DNA of 64,000 nucleotides from Candidatus Latescibacterota bacterium (GTDB taxonomy: Bacteria; Latescibacterota; UBA2968; UBA8231): the NCBI GenBank assembly GCA_964291625.2, contig OZ220089.1:3520001-3584000 (forward strand), written 5' to 3'. Below the pieces are notes generated by a model. That model did no database searches, was not told where the DNA came from, and saw only the letters and a list, made by a program, of their open reading frames with translations. The translations under genes were made by a program, and so were the position numbers. This document shows, one piece after another, positions 28,343-38,227 of this stretch (position 1 is its first letter; the number at the start of each line of letters is the position of its first letter).

Positions 28343-29521
28343 TCACCACCCACCCGCCTCCCCGCCGGCCGCATCCCGCCGCCGCTCCATCACGTAGATC
28401 CGCGGGTAGATGCCGCCGGTCTCGACGACGCGCACGTGGAGGCGGCGGAAGCGGCGGGCCGGGCGGTTGGCCTTGTCGATGAGGCCGCGCTTCCAGGCGA
28501 GGAAGACGAGGCGGCCTCCGGGGCGCAGCAGGTGGGCGGCCGCGTCGAGGAAGCGGGCGTAGAAGGCGGAGAAATTCATGCCGCGGCCGAGGCGCACGCC
28601 GAAGGGGGGGTTGGTGACGATGGCGTCGAAGCGGCCGGCGGGGTGGGCCTCGGGCAGGTCGGCCAGGTCGCGGCAGGCGAGGGCGACCCGTCCGGCCAGC
28701 CCCTCGGCCTCGAGGTTGATCCCGGCGCCCTCGACGGCGCGGGGGGAGTAGTCGCTGGCCTCGATCTCCAGCCCCGGGTGGAGGCGCGCCGCCTCGATGG
28801 GGATCGTGGCCGAGCCGCAGAAGGGGTCCAGGAGGCGCCCCCGCTCGACGCCGGCCAGGCGCAGCAGGGCGCAGGCGACGTTGGCCTTCAGGGCCGCCCC
28901 CGGGTTGTAGAGCCGCTGCTGCCGGCGGCTGAGGGGGTCCCTGGTGAGCTGCACGCTCACCAGGCAGCGCTGGCCGCGCACGTCGACGCGGACCTCGCGG
29001 TCGAAGCCGGTCAGGTCCACGGCCCGCCGGTAGCGCTCGAACAGGGCGGCGCCGGCGCGGCGCTGCACGTCGATGCTGGAGAAGGGGTGGTCGCCGCTGC
29101 GCCGGGTGGTGACGCGGAAGGAGGCGACGCCGTCCTCGCCGAGGGCGGGGACGCCGCGCTCGCTCAGCTGCGCGTGGATGTGGTCGAGGCCGGCCCCGGG
29201 GTCGGCGGGCAGGTCGAACCCGTACAGGGGATGCAGGACGTGGTGCACGGTGCCCAGGGCGAGGGCGGCCTCGGTGACCGCGTCGTCGACCCGCGGCAGC
29301 AGCACGAGGAGGTGTCCGCCGAAGCCCCAGGGCTTGAGCTGCAGGCGGACCTGCGGCGCCGCCAGGCCGAGGGGGGACAGGCGCTCGCACAGCTCCGCGG
29401 CGGCGAGGTCCTCGAGGCCGGGGTTGGTGGTGAACAGCAGGGCGTCGCCCTCCAGGCCCCGCTGAAGGGCCTCGTCGAGGCCGGCCTCGGGGGGCGGCAG
29501 GGGCGGGGGCTGGCGGGGCAT
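28343..29521 (-). CDS. THUMP-domain SAM-dependent RNA methyltransferase (Trm14/RlmL-like)
   Basis: TTNPGLED, LDPFCGSATI and IVTNPPFG motifs. Confidence 0.88.
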   Translation of the reverse strand: MPRQPPPLPPPEAGLDEALQRGLEGDALLFTTNPGLEDLAAAELCERLSPLGLAAPQVRLQLKPWGFGGHLLVLLPRVDDAVTEAALALGTVHHVLHPLYGFDLPADPGAGLDHIHAQLSERGVPALGEDGVASFRVTTRRSGDHPFSSIDVQRRAGAALFERYRRAVDLTGFDREVRVDVRGQRCLVSVQLTRDPLSRRQQRLYNPGAALKANVACALLRLAGVERGRLLDPFCGSATIPIEAARLHPGLEIEASDYSPRAVEGAGINLEAEGLAGRVALACRDLADLPEAHPAGRFDAIVTNPPFGVRLGRGMNFSAFYARFLDAAAHLLRPGGRLVFLAWKRGLIDKANRPARRFRRLHVRVVETGGIYPRIYVMERRRDAAGGEAGGW

Positions 29522-29543
29522 GGCGGGCGGTCGGAGACCCGTC

Positions 29544-30725
29544 TCAGGGGACGGCGGCGATGAGGGGCACGTACATCTCCTCCGCCGTCATCCCCGCGTG
29601 GCTGCCGCGGTGGACCGTCTTGCCGCGGCCGTAGTCGTAGAGCAGCTGCCGTCCCGGCCCGGCCAGGGCCAGCACGTCGCCGAGGCGGGAGCGGATGCCG
29701 TCGCAGGGGCCGCCGAACCAGCCCGCGGCGACGGCCTCGTCGGCCGGCAGCAGCGGTTCCGTCGCCTGGCGCAACCCCTCGTCCGAGAGGAGCCGCTCCG
29801 GGTCGGCGGCCTCGAGATAGAGGGCTCTCCGGCCGCCTCCCGGGGGGCGGCCCAGGGCTTCCAGCAGCGCTCCCTCCACCGGGAAGGCGAGGTCGGGATC
29901 GACGCGGGTCTGCCCGTGGTCGGCGGTGACGAGCAGGGTGCAGCCGTGCTCGCGGCAGAGGGCGTGCACCTTTCCCACCATCAGGTCGATGAACTCCATC
30001 TCCAGGCGGCAGGCTTCCGAGGGCTCGGCGCCGTCGGGCCCGTGGAGGTGGGAGAGGGTGTCGATGACGGGCCAGTAGAGGGAGTGGAAGGCGCGCCCCC
30101 CGGCCTCGTCGAGGGCCTGTCCCAGCAGGTGGCACAGGTGGGACAGGCTGCGGTGGCCCAGGAACCGCGCCCCCTCCTGGATCAGGTTGGTGAAGGGGGC
30201 GCCCTCGTAGGCGGCGTCGGTGATCAGCGTCGACGGCACGCCGGCCCGGGCGAGGCGCTCGTAGACCGTGGGCACGCGGCGCACGGCTTCCTCGGATAGA
30301 GGCTCGTCGTGCCCGAGGGGGCGGAGGGTGAGCATGTTGACCATCGACCCCTGCTCCTCCAGCCAGAGGGTGTGGCCGAGGACGCCGTGGACCGACGGCG
30401 GCTCCGCGGTGGCCAGGCTGTTGAGGGCGGCGCTGGTGGTGGAAGGGAAGATCGAGGTCAGCCGCCGCAGGCCGCCCGGGGTCTCCTCGGCGAGGCGGGT
30501 CAGGTGCGGGGCGCGGTCGCCGAGGACCGAGAGGAGGGAGGCGTGGCCGAGGGCGTCGATCACCAGCAGGACCACGCCGCCGCGGCCGCCGAGGGCCTCC
30601 GGGGGCAGCAGCTCCGGGCGCAGGGGCGGGGTGGGCGGCTCGGCGCCGAAGGCGTCCAGCACCGAGGCGGCGAGGTTGACGATGGAGCCGCCGCCGTAGT
30701 CGGGCGGGTGGAGCTTCCCGGTCAC
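29544..30725 (-). CDS. Alkaline phosphatase superfamily nucleotide pyrophosphatase/phosphodiesterase
   Basis: IDALG, FPSTT, DTLSH, TADHG and GSHAG motifs. Confidence 0.88.
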   Translation of the reverse strand: MTGKLHPPDYGGGSIVNLAASVLDAFGAEPPTPPLRPELLPPEALGGRGGVVLLVIDALGHASLLSVLGDRAPHLTRLAEETPGGLRRLTSIFPSTTSAALNSLATAEPPSVHGVLGHTLWLEEQGSMVNMLTLRPLGHDEPLSEEAVRRVPTVYERLARAGVPSTLITDAAYEGAPFTNLIQEGARFLGHRSLSHLCHLLGQALDEAGGRAFHSLYWPVIDTLSHLHGPDGAEPSEACRLEMEFIDLMVGKVHALCREHGCTLLVTADHGQTRVDPDLAFPVEGALLEALGRPPGGGRRALYLEAADPERLLSDEGLRQATEPLLPADEAVAAGWFGGPCDGIRSRLGDVLALAGPGRQLLYDYGRGKTVHRGSHAGMTAEEMYVPLIAAVP

Positions 30726-31342
30726 GAGGGGGTCCCGGCCAGCTCGATCCAGTAGCGCCGCTTGCGGATCTGGCCGCCGCCGCGGCCCTCGGCGCGGACG
30801 GTCCGGCGGTCCATGACCATGTCGGACTCGAAGAGGCCGCCGTTGGCCTCGATGATCCGCCGGCTGGCGACGTTGTCCTCGTCGCAGGTCACCAGCACCC
30901 GCTCGAGCCCCAGCTCCCGGCAGCGCTGAAGGGCCAGCCCCAGGATGCGGCGGCCGTACCCGCGCCGCCGATGCCCGGGCCGGATGCTGTAGCCCACGTG
31001 TCCCCCGTAGGTGATCAGGTATTCCGTCTTGAGGTCGGGCCGGATCGACGACTGTCCGAGGTAGAGGCCGCGGTCGACGAGCCAGTAGACCCGGTCCTGG
31101 TAGCCGCCGCGGTACAGGCCGGGAGGCTCTCCCAGGCGCCGCAGGTCGCGCAGGAAGGCCGGCAGGTCGCGGTCCAGCCGCCCCAGGTCGTAGCCCAGGC
31201 CGGCGGCGTAGGTGGAGTCGAGCCGGCCCTCGCCGGCGAACTCGGCGGCGCCTTCGAGGAAGCTGTCGCGAAAGCGTTCGGAGGGCTCGACGAGGCGGCA
31301 GGTGCCGGCGGCCTCGGCCGGGGCGGGGGGGATGGACGCCAT
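30722..31342 (-). CDS. GNAT family N-acetyltransferase
   Basis: GGHVGYSIRPGHRRRGYG and TCDEDNVASRRIIEANGG. Confidence 0.9.
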   Translation of the reverse strand: MASIPPAPAEAAGTCRLVEPSERFRDSFLEGAAEFAGEGRLDSTYAAGLGYDLGRLDRDLPAFLRDLRRLGEPPGLYRGGYQDRVYWLVDRGLYLGQSSIRPDLKTEYLITYGGHVGYSIRPGHRRRGYGRRILGLALQRCRELGLERVLVTCDEDNVASRRIIEANGGLFESDMVMDRRTVRAEGRGGGQIRKRRYWIELAGTPS

Positions 31343-31457
31343 GAGAGGACCCACGCCGGGCAATCTAGACCGCGCAACGGAGGGCGTGTCAACGCCGGCG
31401 GGGTGCGGTCCAGGCGGCCGATTTCCCCCGGGGCGGGGCGATCCCTATATAGTGGTC

Positions 31458-32909
31458 ATGGCGGAACGGGCACAGATCCCCCCGGCGACCGGGCTCTTCG
31501 CGGAACCGTGGTCGGCTGGCAAGGTCCGGCGGCTGCTGGCCATGTTCGGCCCCGCGGCGATCGTGGCCTCGGTCAGCATCGGCGCCGGCGAGACGATCGT
31601 CGTGGTGCGGGCCGGCGCCTGGGCCGGGTACGGGCTGCTGTGGCTGGTGCTGCTGTCGGCCGTGGTCAAGGGGGTCTTCGTCACCTACCTGATCGGCCGC
31701 TACACCGCCGTCAGCGGCGAGCTGATCGGCCACCGCCTGGTGCAGCTGCCCGGCCCCCGCGGCTGGTTCCTGCTGCTGCTGGTCGTCCTCGAGATGTCGT
31801 GCGCGCCCATGGCCTGGGTGGCGATCGCCAAGCCCTGCGGCAACCTCGTCCACTATCTCGCCGGACCGCCCGGTTCCTCCCCCGTCCTCTGGCAGAACGC
31901 GGGCACCTCCCTGTTCATCCTCCTGGCCCTCGCCCTGGGCCTGCGCCTCTCCTTCTCCCGCCTCGAGAAGCAGCAGCTCCTCATCTGCCTGATCCTGGTG
32001 GTCGGCACCGCCCTGGGCACGGCGATCGTGCGCCCCGACCTCGGCGCTGCCCTCGCCGGCAGCCTGAGCTTCGGAGACATTCCGGACCTGCCTCCGTGGG
32101 CGCCGGAGGCGGCGCGCGCCAATCCGCTGTTGATGATGGCCACCACCTTCGGCTACGTCGGCGGCGGCGTCTTCATCTACCTCGCCTACTCCAACTGGGT
32201 CGGCCTCCACCGCTGGGGCCTCACGGACCATCCGCGCATCGAGGCGATCCGCGAGCGGTCCCTGGACAGCGGCCGCGTGGAACACCTGCCCGAGGACGCC
32301 GAGTCGGTCCACCGCCTTCGGGTGCTGGCCTCGCCGGTGCGCTGGGACGTGGGCGCCGGCGCGGTGGTCCTCTTCGTGGTGACGGCGGCCTTCATGCTCT
32401 CGGGGGCGGCGGTGCTCTTCCCGCTGCAGACGCAGTTCGAGGGCTGGAGTCTGCTCACCGAGCAGGCCCACGTGTGGCGGGCGATCCACCCGTCGCTGGT
32501 GTGGATCTACTACGTCTGCATCCTCGCGGCCCTGTGGGGGACCCTGCAGGCGCTCCCGGAGGTCTATGCCCGCGTGGTGCAGGAGTTCCTCGCCGCCATC
32601 TGGCCGCACCGCGAGTGGAGCTACGAGGGGATCAAGAGGATCAGCTGCCTGTGGGTGGCGGCGGCGGCCCTGGCCCTGATCTGGACGGGGGTGCCCTTCG
32701 ACACCCTGATCCAGATCGCCAGCTTCCTGCTGGCCAACCTGGCGATCTTCCTCATCAGCCTCGGCGCCCTCTACCTCAACCGGCTCCTGCCCCGGGCCCA
32801 CCGGACCCACTGGCTGATCGCCGCCGGCGGCTGGGTGTCGGCCGCCGTCCTGGGGGCCTTCGCCGCCATCAGCGCCTGGGGCCTGGCGGCCAAGTTCGGG
32901 CTGCTGTAA
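31458..32909 (+). CDS. Nramp/YcsG-like membrane transporter
   Basis: GPAAIVASVSIGAGE..GAWAGYGLLW; many TM helices. Confidence 0.8.
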   Translation: MAERAQIPPATGLFAEPWSAGKVRRLLAMFGPAAIVASVSIGAGETIVVVRAGAWAGYGLLWLVLLSAVVKGVFVTYLIGRYTAVSGELIGHRLVQLPGPRGWFLLLLVVLEMSCAPMAWVAIAKPCGNLVHYLAGPPGSSPVLWQNAGTSLFILLALALGLRLSFSRLEKQQLLICLILVVGTALGTAIVRPDLGAALAGSLSFGDIPDLPPWAPEAARANPLLMMATTFGYVGGGVFIYLAYSNWVGLHRWGLTDHPRIEAIRERSLDSGRVEHLPEDAESVHRLRVLASPVRWDVGAGAVVLFVVTAAFMLSGAAVLFPLQTQFEGWSLLTEQAHVWRAIHPSLVWIYYVCILAALWGTLQALPEVYARVVQEFLAAIWPHREWSYEGIKRISCLWVAAAALALIWTGVPFDTLIQIASFLLANLAIFLISLGALYLNRLLPRAHRTHWLIAAGGWVSAAVLGAFAAISAWGLAAKFGLL

Positions 32910-32929
32910 GGGCCCTCGCCCTCTTGGCG

Positions 32930-34012
32930 ATGACGGCGCTTCGCCCGCTCCTGGCGGGCCTGCTGCTGCTGCTTGCCACGGGCTGCGCCCCCCCGGCCGC
33001 ACGGCCGCCGGGCGGCCCCGTCTTCGCCGGCGAGGCCGAGGCCGAGGCGGTCTGCGTCGTCGAGGCGATCCCCAACTACCTGCTCCACCTGACGGCCGTG
33101 GCCGGCCTCCCCTGGCCGAACCCGTACGCCGAGGCCTGGGGCCACACGGTGGACGTCGAGTCCGCCCATGTCCTGCAGTTGCACGCCCCGGCCCTGCAGT
33201 GGGGTCAGGGCGTCACCGGCGACCTGGCCCCGTTCTTCGTGTTCCTGCCCGCCTACCTGCCCCTCGAGACCGAGCACGAGCTGTACGAGTACCTCCACGC
33301 CCTCGACCAGGCCATGCGCAATCGGGACTACCGGGAACTGCGCGACCCCTACCACGGCGCCCACGAGCGCCTGAAGAGCTGGCTCTTCGACTTCGAGGGG
33401 TTCTTCTACAGCCGCGCCGAGGTCTACGAGGGCTACCTGCGGGCGATCCGCCAGCTCGTGTCGGTGTACGAGCGCAACTACCCGGCCTGGCACGACCGGG
33501 TGTGGCCCGAGGTGGAGGACGACCTGGAGCCGATCGCCGACCACCTCAACGGCGAGCTGTGGTCTCTCGACCTCATCGGCACCTGGGAGCGCAAGACGGG
33601 CGTGCGCTTCCGAGGCGACCGCTACGAGATCGTCCTCACCTCCGCCCCCGGTGGCGGCGGGGTGACGGGACTCGGATACGCCCGCAGTCTGTTGACCCCC
33701 ATCGGCGACCGCGATCACATGCTGGGCCTCATCGTCCACGAGGTGGGCATGCACCTGCTCCTGGACCTGTTCCGGGAGGCGGAGGCGCGCGACCTGGCCA
33801 GCGGCGAGCTGGACTGGACGACGTACGCCGCCTACGCCGGGCTGGCCCAGCACTATGCGCGCCAGATCGTCCCCGGCTTCGAGACCGAGATCGAGAACGA
33901 CGTCGAGATCTTCGCCGGCATCTACCGCCAGCTCGAGGACGATGAGCCCCGGGCGGGGGCCCGCCGGCTGATGGACCGCGCCCTCACCGAGTACCGCGCC
34001 GGCAAGTGGTGA
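32930..34012 (+). CDS. Hypothetical lipoprotein with HExxxH motif
   Basis: LLATGC lipobox; IVHEVGMH. Confidence 0.7.
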   Translation: MTALRPLLAGLLLLLATGCAPPAARPPGGPVFAGEAEAEAVCVVEAIPNYLLHLTAVAGLPWPNPYAEAWGHTVDVESAHVLQLHAPALQWGQGVTGDLAPFFVFLPAYLPLETEHELYEYLHALDQAMRNRDYRELRDPYHGAHERLKSWLFDFEGFFYSRAEVYEGYLRAIRQLVSVYERNYPAWHDRVWPEVEDDLEPIADHLNGELWSLDLIGTWERKTGVRFRGDRYEIVLTSAPGGGGVTGLGYARSLLTPIGDRDHMLGLIVHEVGMHLLLDLFREAEARDLASGELDWTTYAAYAGLAQHYARQIVPGFETEIENDVEIFAGIYRQLEDDEPRAGARRLMDRALTEYRAGKW

Positions 34013-34292
34013 TCCCCCCGTCGCGGGGGCGAGGCCGGCACCGCTCCGCCCGGGGCTCCGGTCCGCCGCCGGCCGCCCCCCCGGCCCCGGGTACGGCTCC
34101 AGCGACCTGATCGACGCGCCTGAGTCGGCCGGCAGCTTTTTCCCGTCGGCCCGCCGTCGGACCACCGGTACTTCCCCCTCGAACCGCCTCCACCGATGCC
34201 GGGGCCCGCTTTCCTCGGCATCTCCTTAACCAACTGTAAAACCGAGAGATAGGACCTTCTCCAGGGGACGGTTCAGGCCGTCGCCGGGGGGG

Positions 34293-34308
34293 AGGCATGG
34301 GCTTTGCT
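34293..34308 (+). promoter_or_regulatory. Sigma54 (-24/-12) promoter
   Basis: AGGCATGGGCTTTGCT, GG-N10-GC spacing. Confidence 0.6.
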
Positions 34309-34363
34309 CATGCAGCCGGGCCAAGCGAACGCCACCTGGGAGGGAAAGGCAACGCCAGGAGAG

Positions 34364-34531
34364 ATGAATGGGCGGAGAGGGAAGCCAGATCCAGGGACGC
34401 GACAACGGATCGACCGCCAGCTCGAGGAACTCGACCGTGAGATCCGGGCCTGTCTCGAGAGCATCCGTCACACCCTCCGCGAGCTGGAGGGGTCCGTGGA
34501 GGAGGCGCCCGGGGACCCGCCGCAGCCTTGA
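34364..34531 (+). CDS. Small coiled-coil hypothetical protein (55 aa)
   Basis: AGGAGA RBS; RIDRQLEELDREIRACLESIRHTLRELE. Confidence 0.55.
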   Translation: MNGRRGKPDPGTRQRIDRQLEELDREIRACLESIRHTLRELEGSVEEAPGDPPQP

Positions 34532-34540
34532 ACGGGGAGC

Positions 34541-35818
34541 ATGACCATGCGAAGGCCACCCAGAAAGAGAAAGCAGGAGTTGGGACCCGTGACCGGGATC
34601 GCTCTGACCGGGGTGTTCCTCGCAGGGGCGCTGCTGATCGAGGCCCGCGTGGCCCTGCGGCCGCCGGATGAGGCCGCGGAGAAGGGTCCCGCGGTGCAGG
34701 AACCGGCGGACGCCGGGGGCGGGGGTTTCTCCCCGGAGCGGCAGGGGACCCGCACCGACTCGCTCGACCTCCCTCCGGCGGTGCCCGGTCCCGGGGAGCG
34801 CGATGAGCAGCCCGCCGATCCCGACAGCCTCTACGAGATGGGCGGGATCCAGGTACGCCACCACCGCGACGAGGAGGCCGTCGTCACCTTCGCGCGGCTG
34901 GCGGCCGAGCACCCCGGGCACGAACTCGCCGACGAGGCCCTGTGGCAGGCGGCCAAGGCGGCCGAGCGCGGCGGCGACTACACCCGCGCCCGCGACCTCT
35001 TCGGGCAACTGGTGGACGAGCACCCCCGCAGCCCGATGCGCGACCAGGCCAACTGGAGCGCCGCCTTCATGCTGTACTGCGCCGGGCGCTACCGGGAGGC
35101 GCTCTACATGTTCCAGAGGGTTGGAGTCGACGCCTCGGAGCCGCACCTCGTCGACCAGAGCTTCTTCTGGGCTGGCAAGAGCGCCCGGCGCCTGGGGCTG
35201 GAGCAGGAGGCGGAAGTGCTCTTCCAGGCGGCTGCCGACCACTTCCCGCGCTCCTACTACTCGGCGCGGGCCGTCAGCATGGGATACCGGTCGAGCAAGG
35301 GGCGGCGGCCCCGCAACCACGCGGCCCTGGACGATGTCGGCCACACGTGGGAGCATGTGAGGACGGCGGCCGGCGAGGCCGGGCTGGATCCCTACCTCGT
35401 GCTGGCCGTCATCCGGCAGGAGTCCCGCTTCGAGGAGCGGGCCGAGTCCCATGCCGGGGCGCTGGGGGTCATGCAGATCATGCCGCGCACGGGCCGCTCC
35501 CTGGCGTCCAAGGCGGGGATGGGAGACTTCGAGAAGGGCCTGCTGGCCGACCCGGAGGTCTCCATCCGCATGGGCTCGCGCTACCTCGGCGAGCAGATGC
35601 GCTCCTTCGCGTCGGGCCGGACCCGGGAGGTCGGCTTCGAGCTCGGCCTGGCCGCCTACAACGCCGGGCCCTCCGCCGCCAGGCAGTGGGTCCGACACCT
35701 TCCGCTGGACGACGCCGACACCTTCGTGGAGCGCATCCCCTACAAGGAGACGCGGATCTACGTGAAGAAGGTGTTGAAGAACTACACCGTGTACAAGACC
35801 GCCGTGTCGAGCGCCTGA
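34541..35818 (+). CDS. Lytic transglycosylase (Slt) with TPR-like repeats and N-terminal TM anchor
   Basis: IRQES, GALGVMQIMP, AAYNAG and ETRIYVKKV motifs. Confidence 0.92.
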   Translation: MTMRRPPRKRKQELGPVTGIALTGVFLAGALLIEARVALRPPDEAAEKGPAVQEPADAGGGGFSPERQGTRTDSLDLPPAVPGPGERDEQPADPDSLYEMGGIQVRHHRDEEAVVTFARLAAEHPGHELADEALWQAAKAAERGGDYTRARDLFGQLVDEHPRSPMRDQANWSAAFMLYCAGRYREALYMFQRVGVDASEPHLVDQSFFWAGKSARRLGLEQEAEVLFQAAADHFPRSYYSARAVSMGYRSSKGRRPRNHAALDDVGHTWEHVRTAAGEAGLDPYLVLAVIRQESRFEERAESHAGALGVMQIMPRTGRSLASKAGMGDFEKGLLADPEVSIRMGSRYLGEQMRSFASGRTREVGFELGLAAYNAGPSAARQWVRHLPLDDADTFVERIPYKETRIYVKKVLKNYTVYKTAVSSA

Positions 35819-35827
35819 CCGGCGCCG

Positions 35828-37414
35828 TCAGCCCCGGCTCAAAGGACTGAACCAGGTGAGGTCGGCGCCGAAGTCGTCCATGGCAGCCACCTCGTCCCCG
35901 CGCAGGCGAGCGCGGATCGGCCGGCGGTGCAGCCGCGGGGACAGCACGATCTCCCGGTCCGGGAACTCGACCTCGGCCTCGATTACGGACCCCGCGGACA
36001 GGTTTCGCCAGAACAGGTGATCCGCGGCGCGGCGCGGCTCGGGAGCATCGCCGGCCAGCACCGGACCGCCTTCCAGCCAGGGAGGCAGCCGCAGCCACAG
36101 CGGCCCCGCCTGCCCGACCCGCACCGTGAGCCGCCCGTCGTGCGTGTAGGGCGAGGAGACGGAGGCCGCCTCGCTCTCCCAGTCGAACCACAGGTCGACG
36201 TGGACGCCGGTGCCGTCGGCGCGGACCACCTCGCGGCAGGCGGCGGCGAGGGAGGCACAGGCGCCGCCGACGATATCCATGTTGAAGGAGAGGTTGGCCC
36301 GCCCCTGGCCGGCGGACTCGTGGCCGTAGGGCGCCGGGAAGCCGAAGGCGCCGAGGTGGCGGCCGGCGAGGTCGCGCAGGCCGTCGAGTCCCTCGGGGTT
36401 GGGGGGCTCCTCGATGAAGGAGGGGTCCCGCAGCTGGCTGGGCAGGAGGTGGCAGCGCAGGATGCGCTCGGCGTCGGCATAGGCCGCCGCGCAGCCGTGG
36501 CGGCCGAGGATCAGGGCCGTCTCGAGGATGTCGCCGGTGTTGTTGGCCTCGCCGTGGTCCGAGTCGGTCTGGGCCATCGACTCCGGGGTCCAGCCGATCT
36601 CGTCGCGCAGCTGCCAGAGGCCGCCATCGTAGAACGCGCGCACCCGCTCCATGAGCACCGCGTCCCCGAGGTGGGCGGCCAGCTGCGCCAGGGAGGAGAG
36701 GCAGCAGGTGATGGAGTGCACGTGGGAGGTGCCGGCGCCCTCCGGGTCCCAGGACCCGTCCTCGGGGAAGCTCTCGGCCAGGAGCTTGTCGCGCAGCACC
36801 AGGGCCAGCTCGAGGGCGGCGGCCGAGCCGGTGGCGCGGTGGATCTTGACGAGGGGGCCGAGCATGCGCGCCTCGCCGTGGACGAAGCCCTGGCAGGCCA
36901 TGTGCTCCAGGCCCAGCGACTCGAGGCGGGCCTCGTCCCAGCCCATTTCAGGGGACCACAGATCGAAGATGCACCGTATGCTGCGCTCGGCGATCTCCAC
37001 CGCCTCGCCATCGTCGCGGAAGGCGGCCAGGGCGTAGAGGGCGTGGAAGCCCTCGCGCAGGTTGTGGGGACAGAAGGAGACCAGGGGGCCGCCGATCTCC
37101 TTGCGGTTGAGCGGCAGCGGCGCCGCCCCCGAGTAGGAGAACAGCGCCGCGTGACGGTGCCGGCGCACCACGTCCTCGTCGACTTCGATCCCGGCGGCGT
37201 CCTCGGACTCGAGGAGGGCGTTCAGATGGCGGCCGGGCACGTGCGACTCGGAGTGGGCCGCGCTGAAGGAGAGGCGGGCGTCGGGCCGCAGGCGCGAGCT
37301 GAAGAAGGGGACGCCCTCCGGGTCGTCGGCGTCGAAGAGCCCGCTCATGCACCGGACCCCCAGCTCGAGGGCGGCCTTCAGGTCTGTGGTATTCACGTTG
37401 CGCACGCGGGGCAT
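35828..37414 (-). CDS. Hypothetical protein, possibly GH127-like (alpha/alpha)6 barrel with a beta-sandwich tail
   Basis: Strong coding bias; YADAERILRCHL and LWLRLPPW resemble GH127 family segments. Confidence 0.55.
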   Translation of the reverse strand: MPRVRNVNTTDLKAALELGVRCMSGLFDADDPEGVPFFSSRLRPDARLSFSAAHSESHVPGRHLNALLESEDAAGIEVDEDVVRRHRHAALFSYSGAAPLPLNRKEIGGPLVSFCPHNLREGFHALYALAAFRDDGEAVEIAERSIRCIFDLWSPEMGWDEARLESLGLEHMACQGFVHGEARMLGPLVKIHRATGSAAALELALVLRDKLLAESFPEDGSWDPEGAGTSHVHSITCCLSSLAQLAAHLGDAVLMERVRAFYDGGLWQLRDEIGWTPESMAQTDSDHGEANNTGDILETALILGRHGCAAAYADAERILRCHLLPSQLRDPSFIEEPPNPEGLDGLRDLAGRHLGAFGFPAPYGHESAGQGRANLSFNMDIVGGACASLAAACREVVRADGTGVHVDLWFDWESEAASVSSPYTHDGRLTVRVGQAGPLWLRLPPWLEGGPVLAGDAPEPRRAADHLFWRNLSAGSVIEAEVEFPDREIVLSPRLHRRPIRARLRGDEVAAMDDFGADLTWFSPLSRG

Positions 37415-37485
37415 GAGGGAAGAACTTGAGGGGCCGTCCGGGCCACGGCAAACGGTTGTGAGGGCGGATACCCGGAGGATCTGAC

Positions 37486-38211
37486 ATGAGCGAATCGGCG
37501 CTGACGGCGGAGCAGGTGCGGCTGTTCCGGCACAACGGCTTTCTCAAGCTCGACGGCCGCCTGCCGGAAGAGCTGGCGGCGCGGTTGCGCCAGGCCATCG
37601 ACGCCGACGTGCGCGCCGGGGCCGAGCCCGTGGTGCGCGACGCCGAGGACCGCGTGGTGCGCCTGTCGCAGGTGTGGGACCGCGCCCCCGTCTTCCGCGA
37701 GGCGGCGACCCATGCCGCCGTCCTCGACCCGCTGGAAGCGCTCCTCGGCCCCAACATCGAGGTCGTCCTCAACCGCCACAACCACGCCACCCTGAACGTC
37801 GCCTTGGCGCGGTCCGACTACTTCCACCGCGACATCCTGCAGTGGAGCCGGGGTCTGCTGACGGTGATCCACTACCTCGAGGAGACCAGCCTCGACAACG
37901 GCTGCACGCAGGTGATCCCCGGCACCCACCTGCTGCCCGGCGAAACGCGGATGCACCGGCTGGAGGAGCAGGACTGGATCCGGGAGTCGCGCGTGACCGG
38001 CCAGGCGGTGCCGGTGCCCATGCCGGCGGGAGGGCTGCTGGCCATAGACAGCCTGGTCTTCCACCGCATCGGTCCCAACCGCACCGAGGGCACGCGCACG
38101 AGCATGACCATCGGCTACCGCAGCGCCGACGAGCTCGCCGGGCCGCCGGACGGCAAGGCCGTGCTGGTGCGCGGCGAGAGGATCTACACGGGCAACGACG
38201 GCGGCCGCTGA
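37486..38211 (+). CDS. Phytanoyl-CoA dioxygenase (PhyH) family Fe/2OG oxygenase
   Basis: FHRD, NGCTQVIPGTH and HRIGPN..R motifs. Confidence 0.9.
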   Translation: MSESALTAEQVRLFRHNGFLKLDGRLPEELAARLRQAIDADVRAGAEPVVRDAEDRVVRLSQVWDRAPVFREAATHAAVLDPLEALLGPNIEVVLNRHNHATLNVALARSDYFHRDILQWSRGLLTVIHYLEETSLDNGCTQVIPGTHLLPGETRMHRLEEQDWIRESRVTGQAVPVPMPAGGLLAIDSLVFHRIGPNRTEGTRTSMTIGYRSADELAGPPDGKAVLVRGERIYTGNDGGR

Positions 38212-38227
38212 GGTCGCCCGGCGCGGT

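Noticed and set aside
29544-30725. BREX PglZ defence gene
   Set aside because: Stand-alone phosphodiesterase with no brx or pgl neighbours
34014-34110. GC-rich hairpins as an ncRNA
   Set aside because: Short GC stems downstream of a stop codon; explained by composition or a terminator
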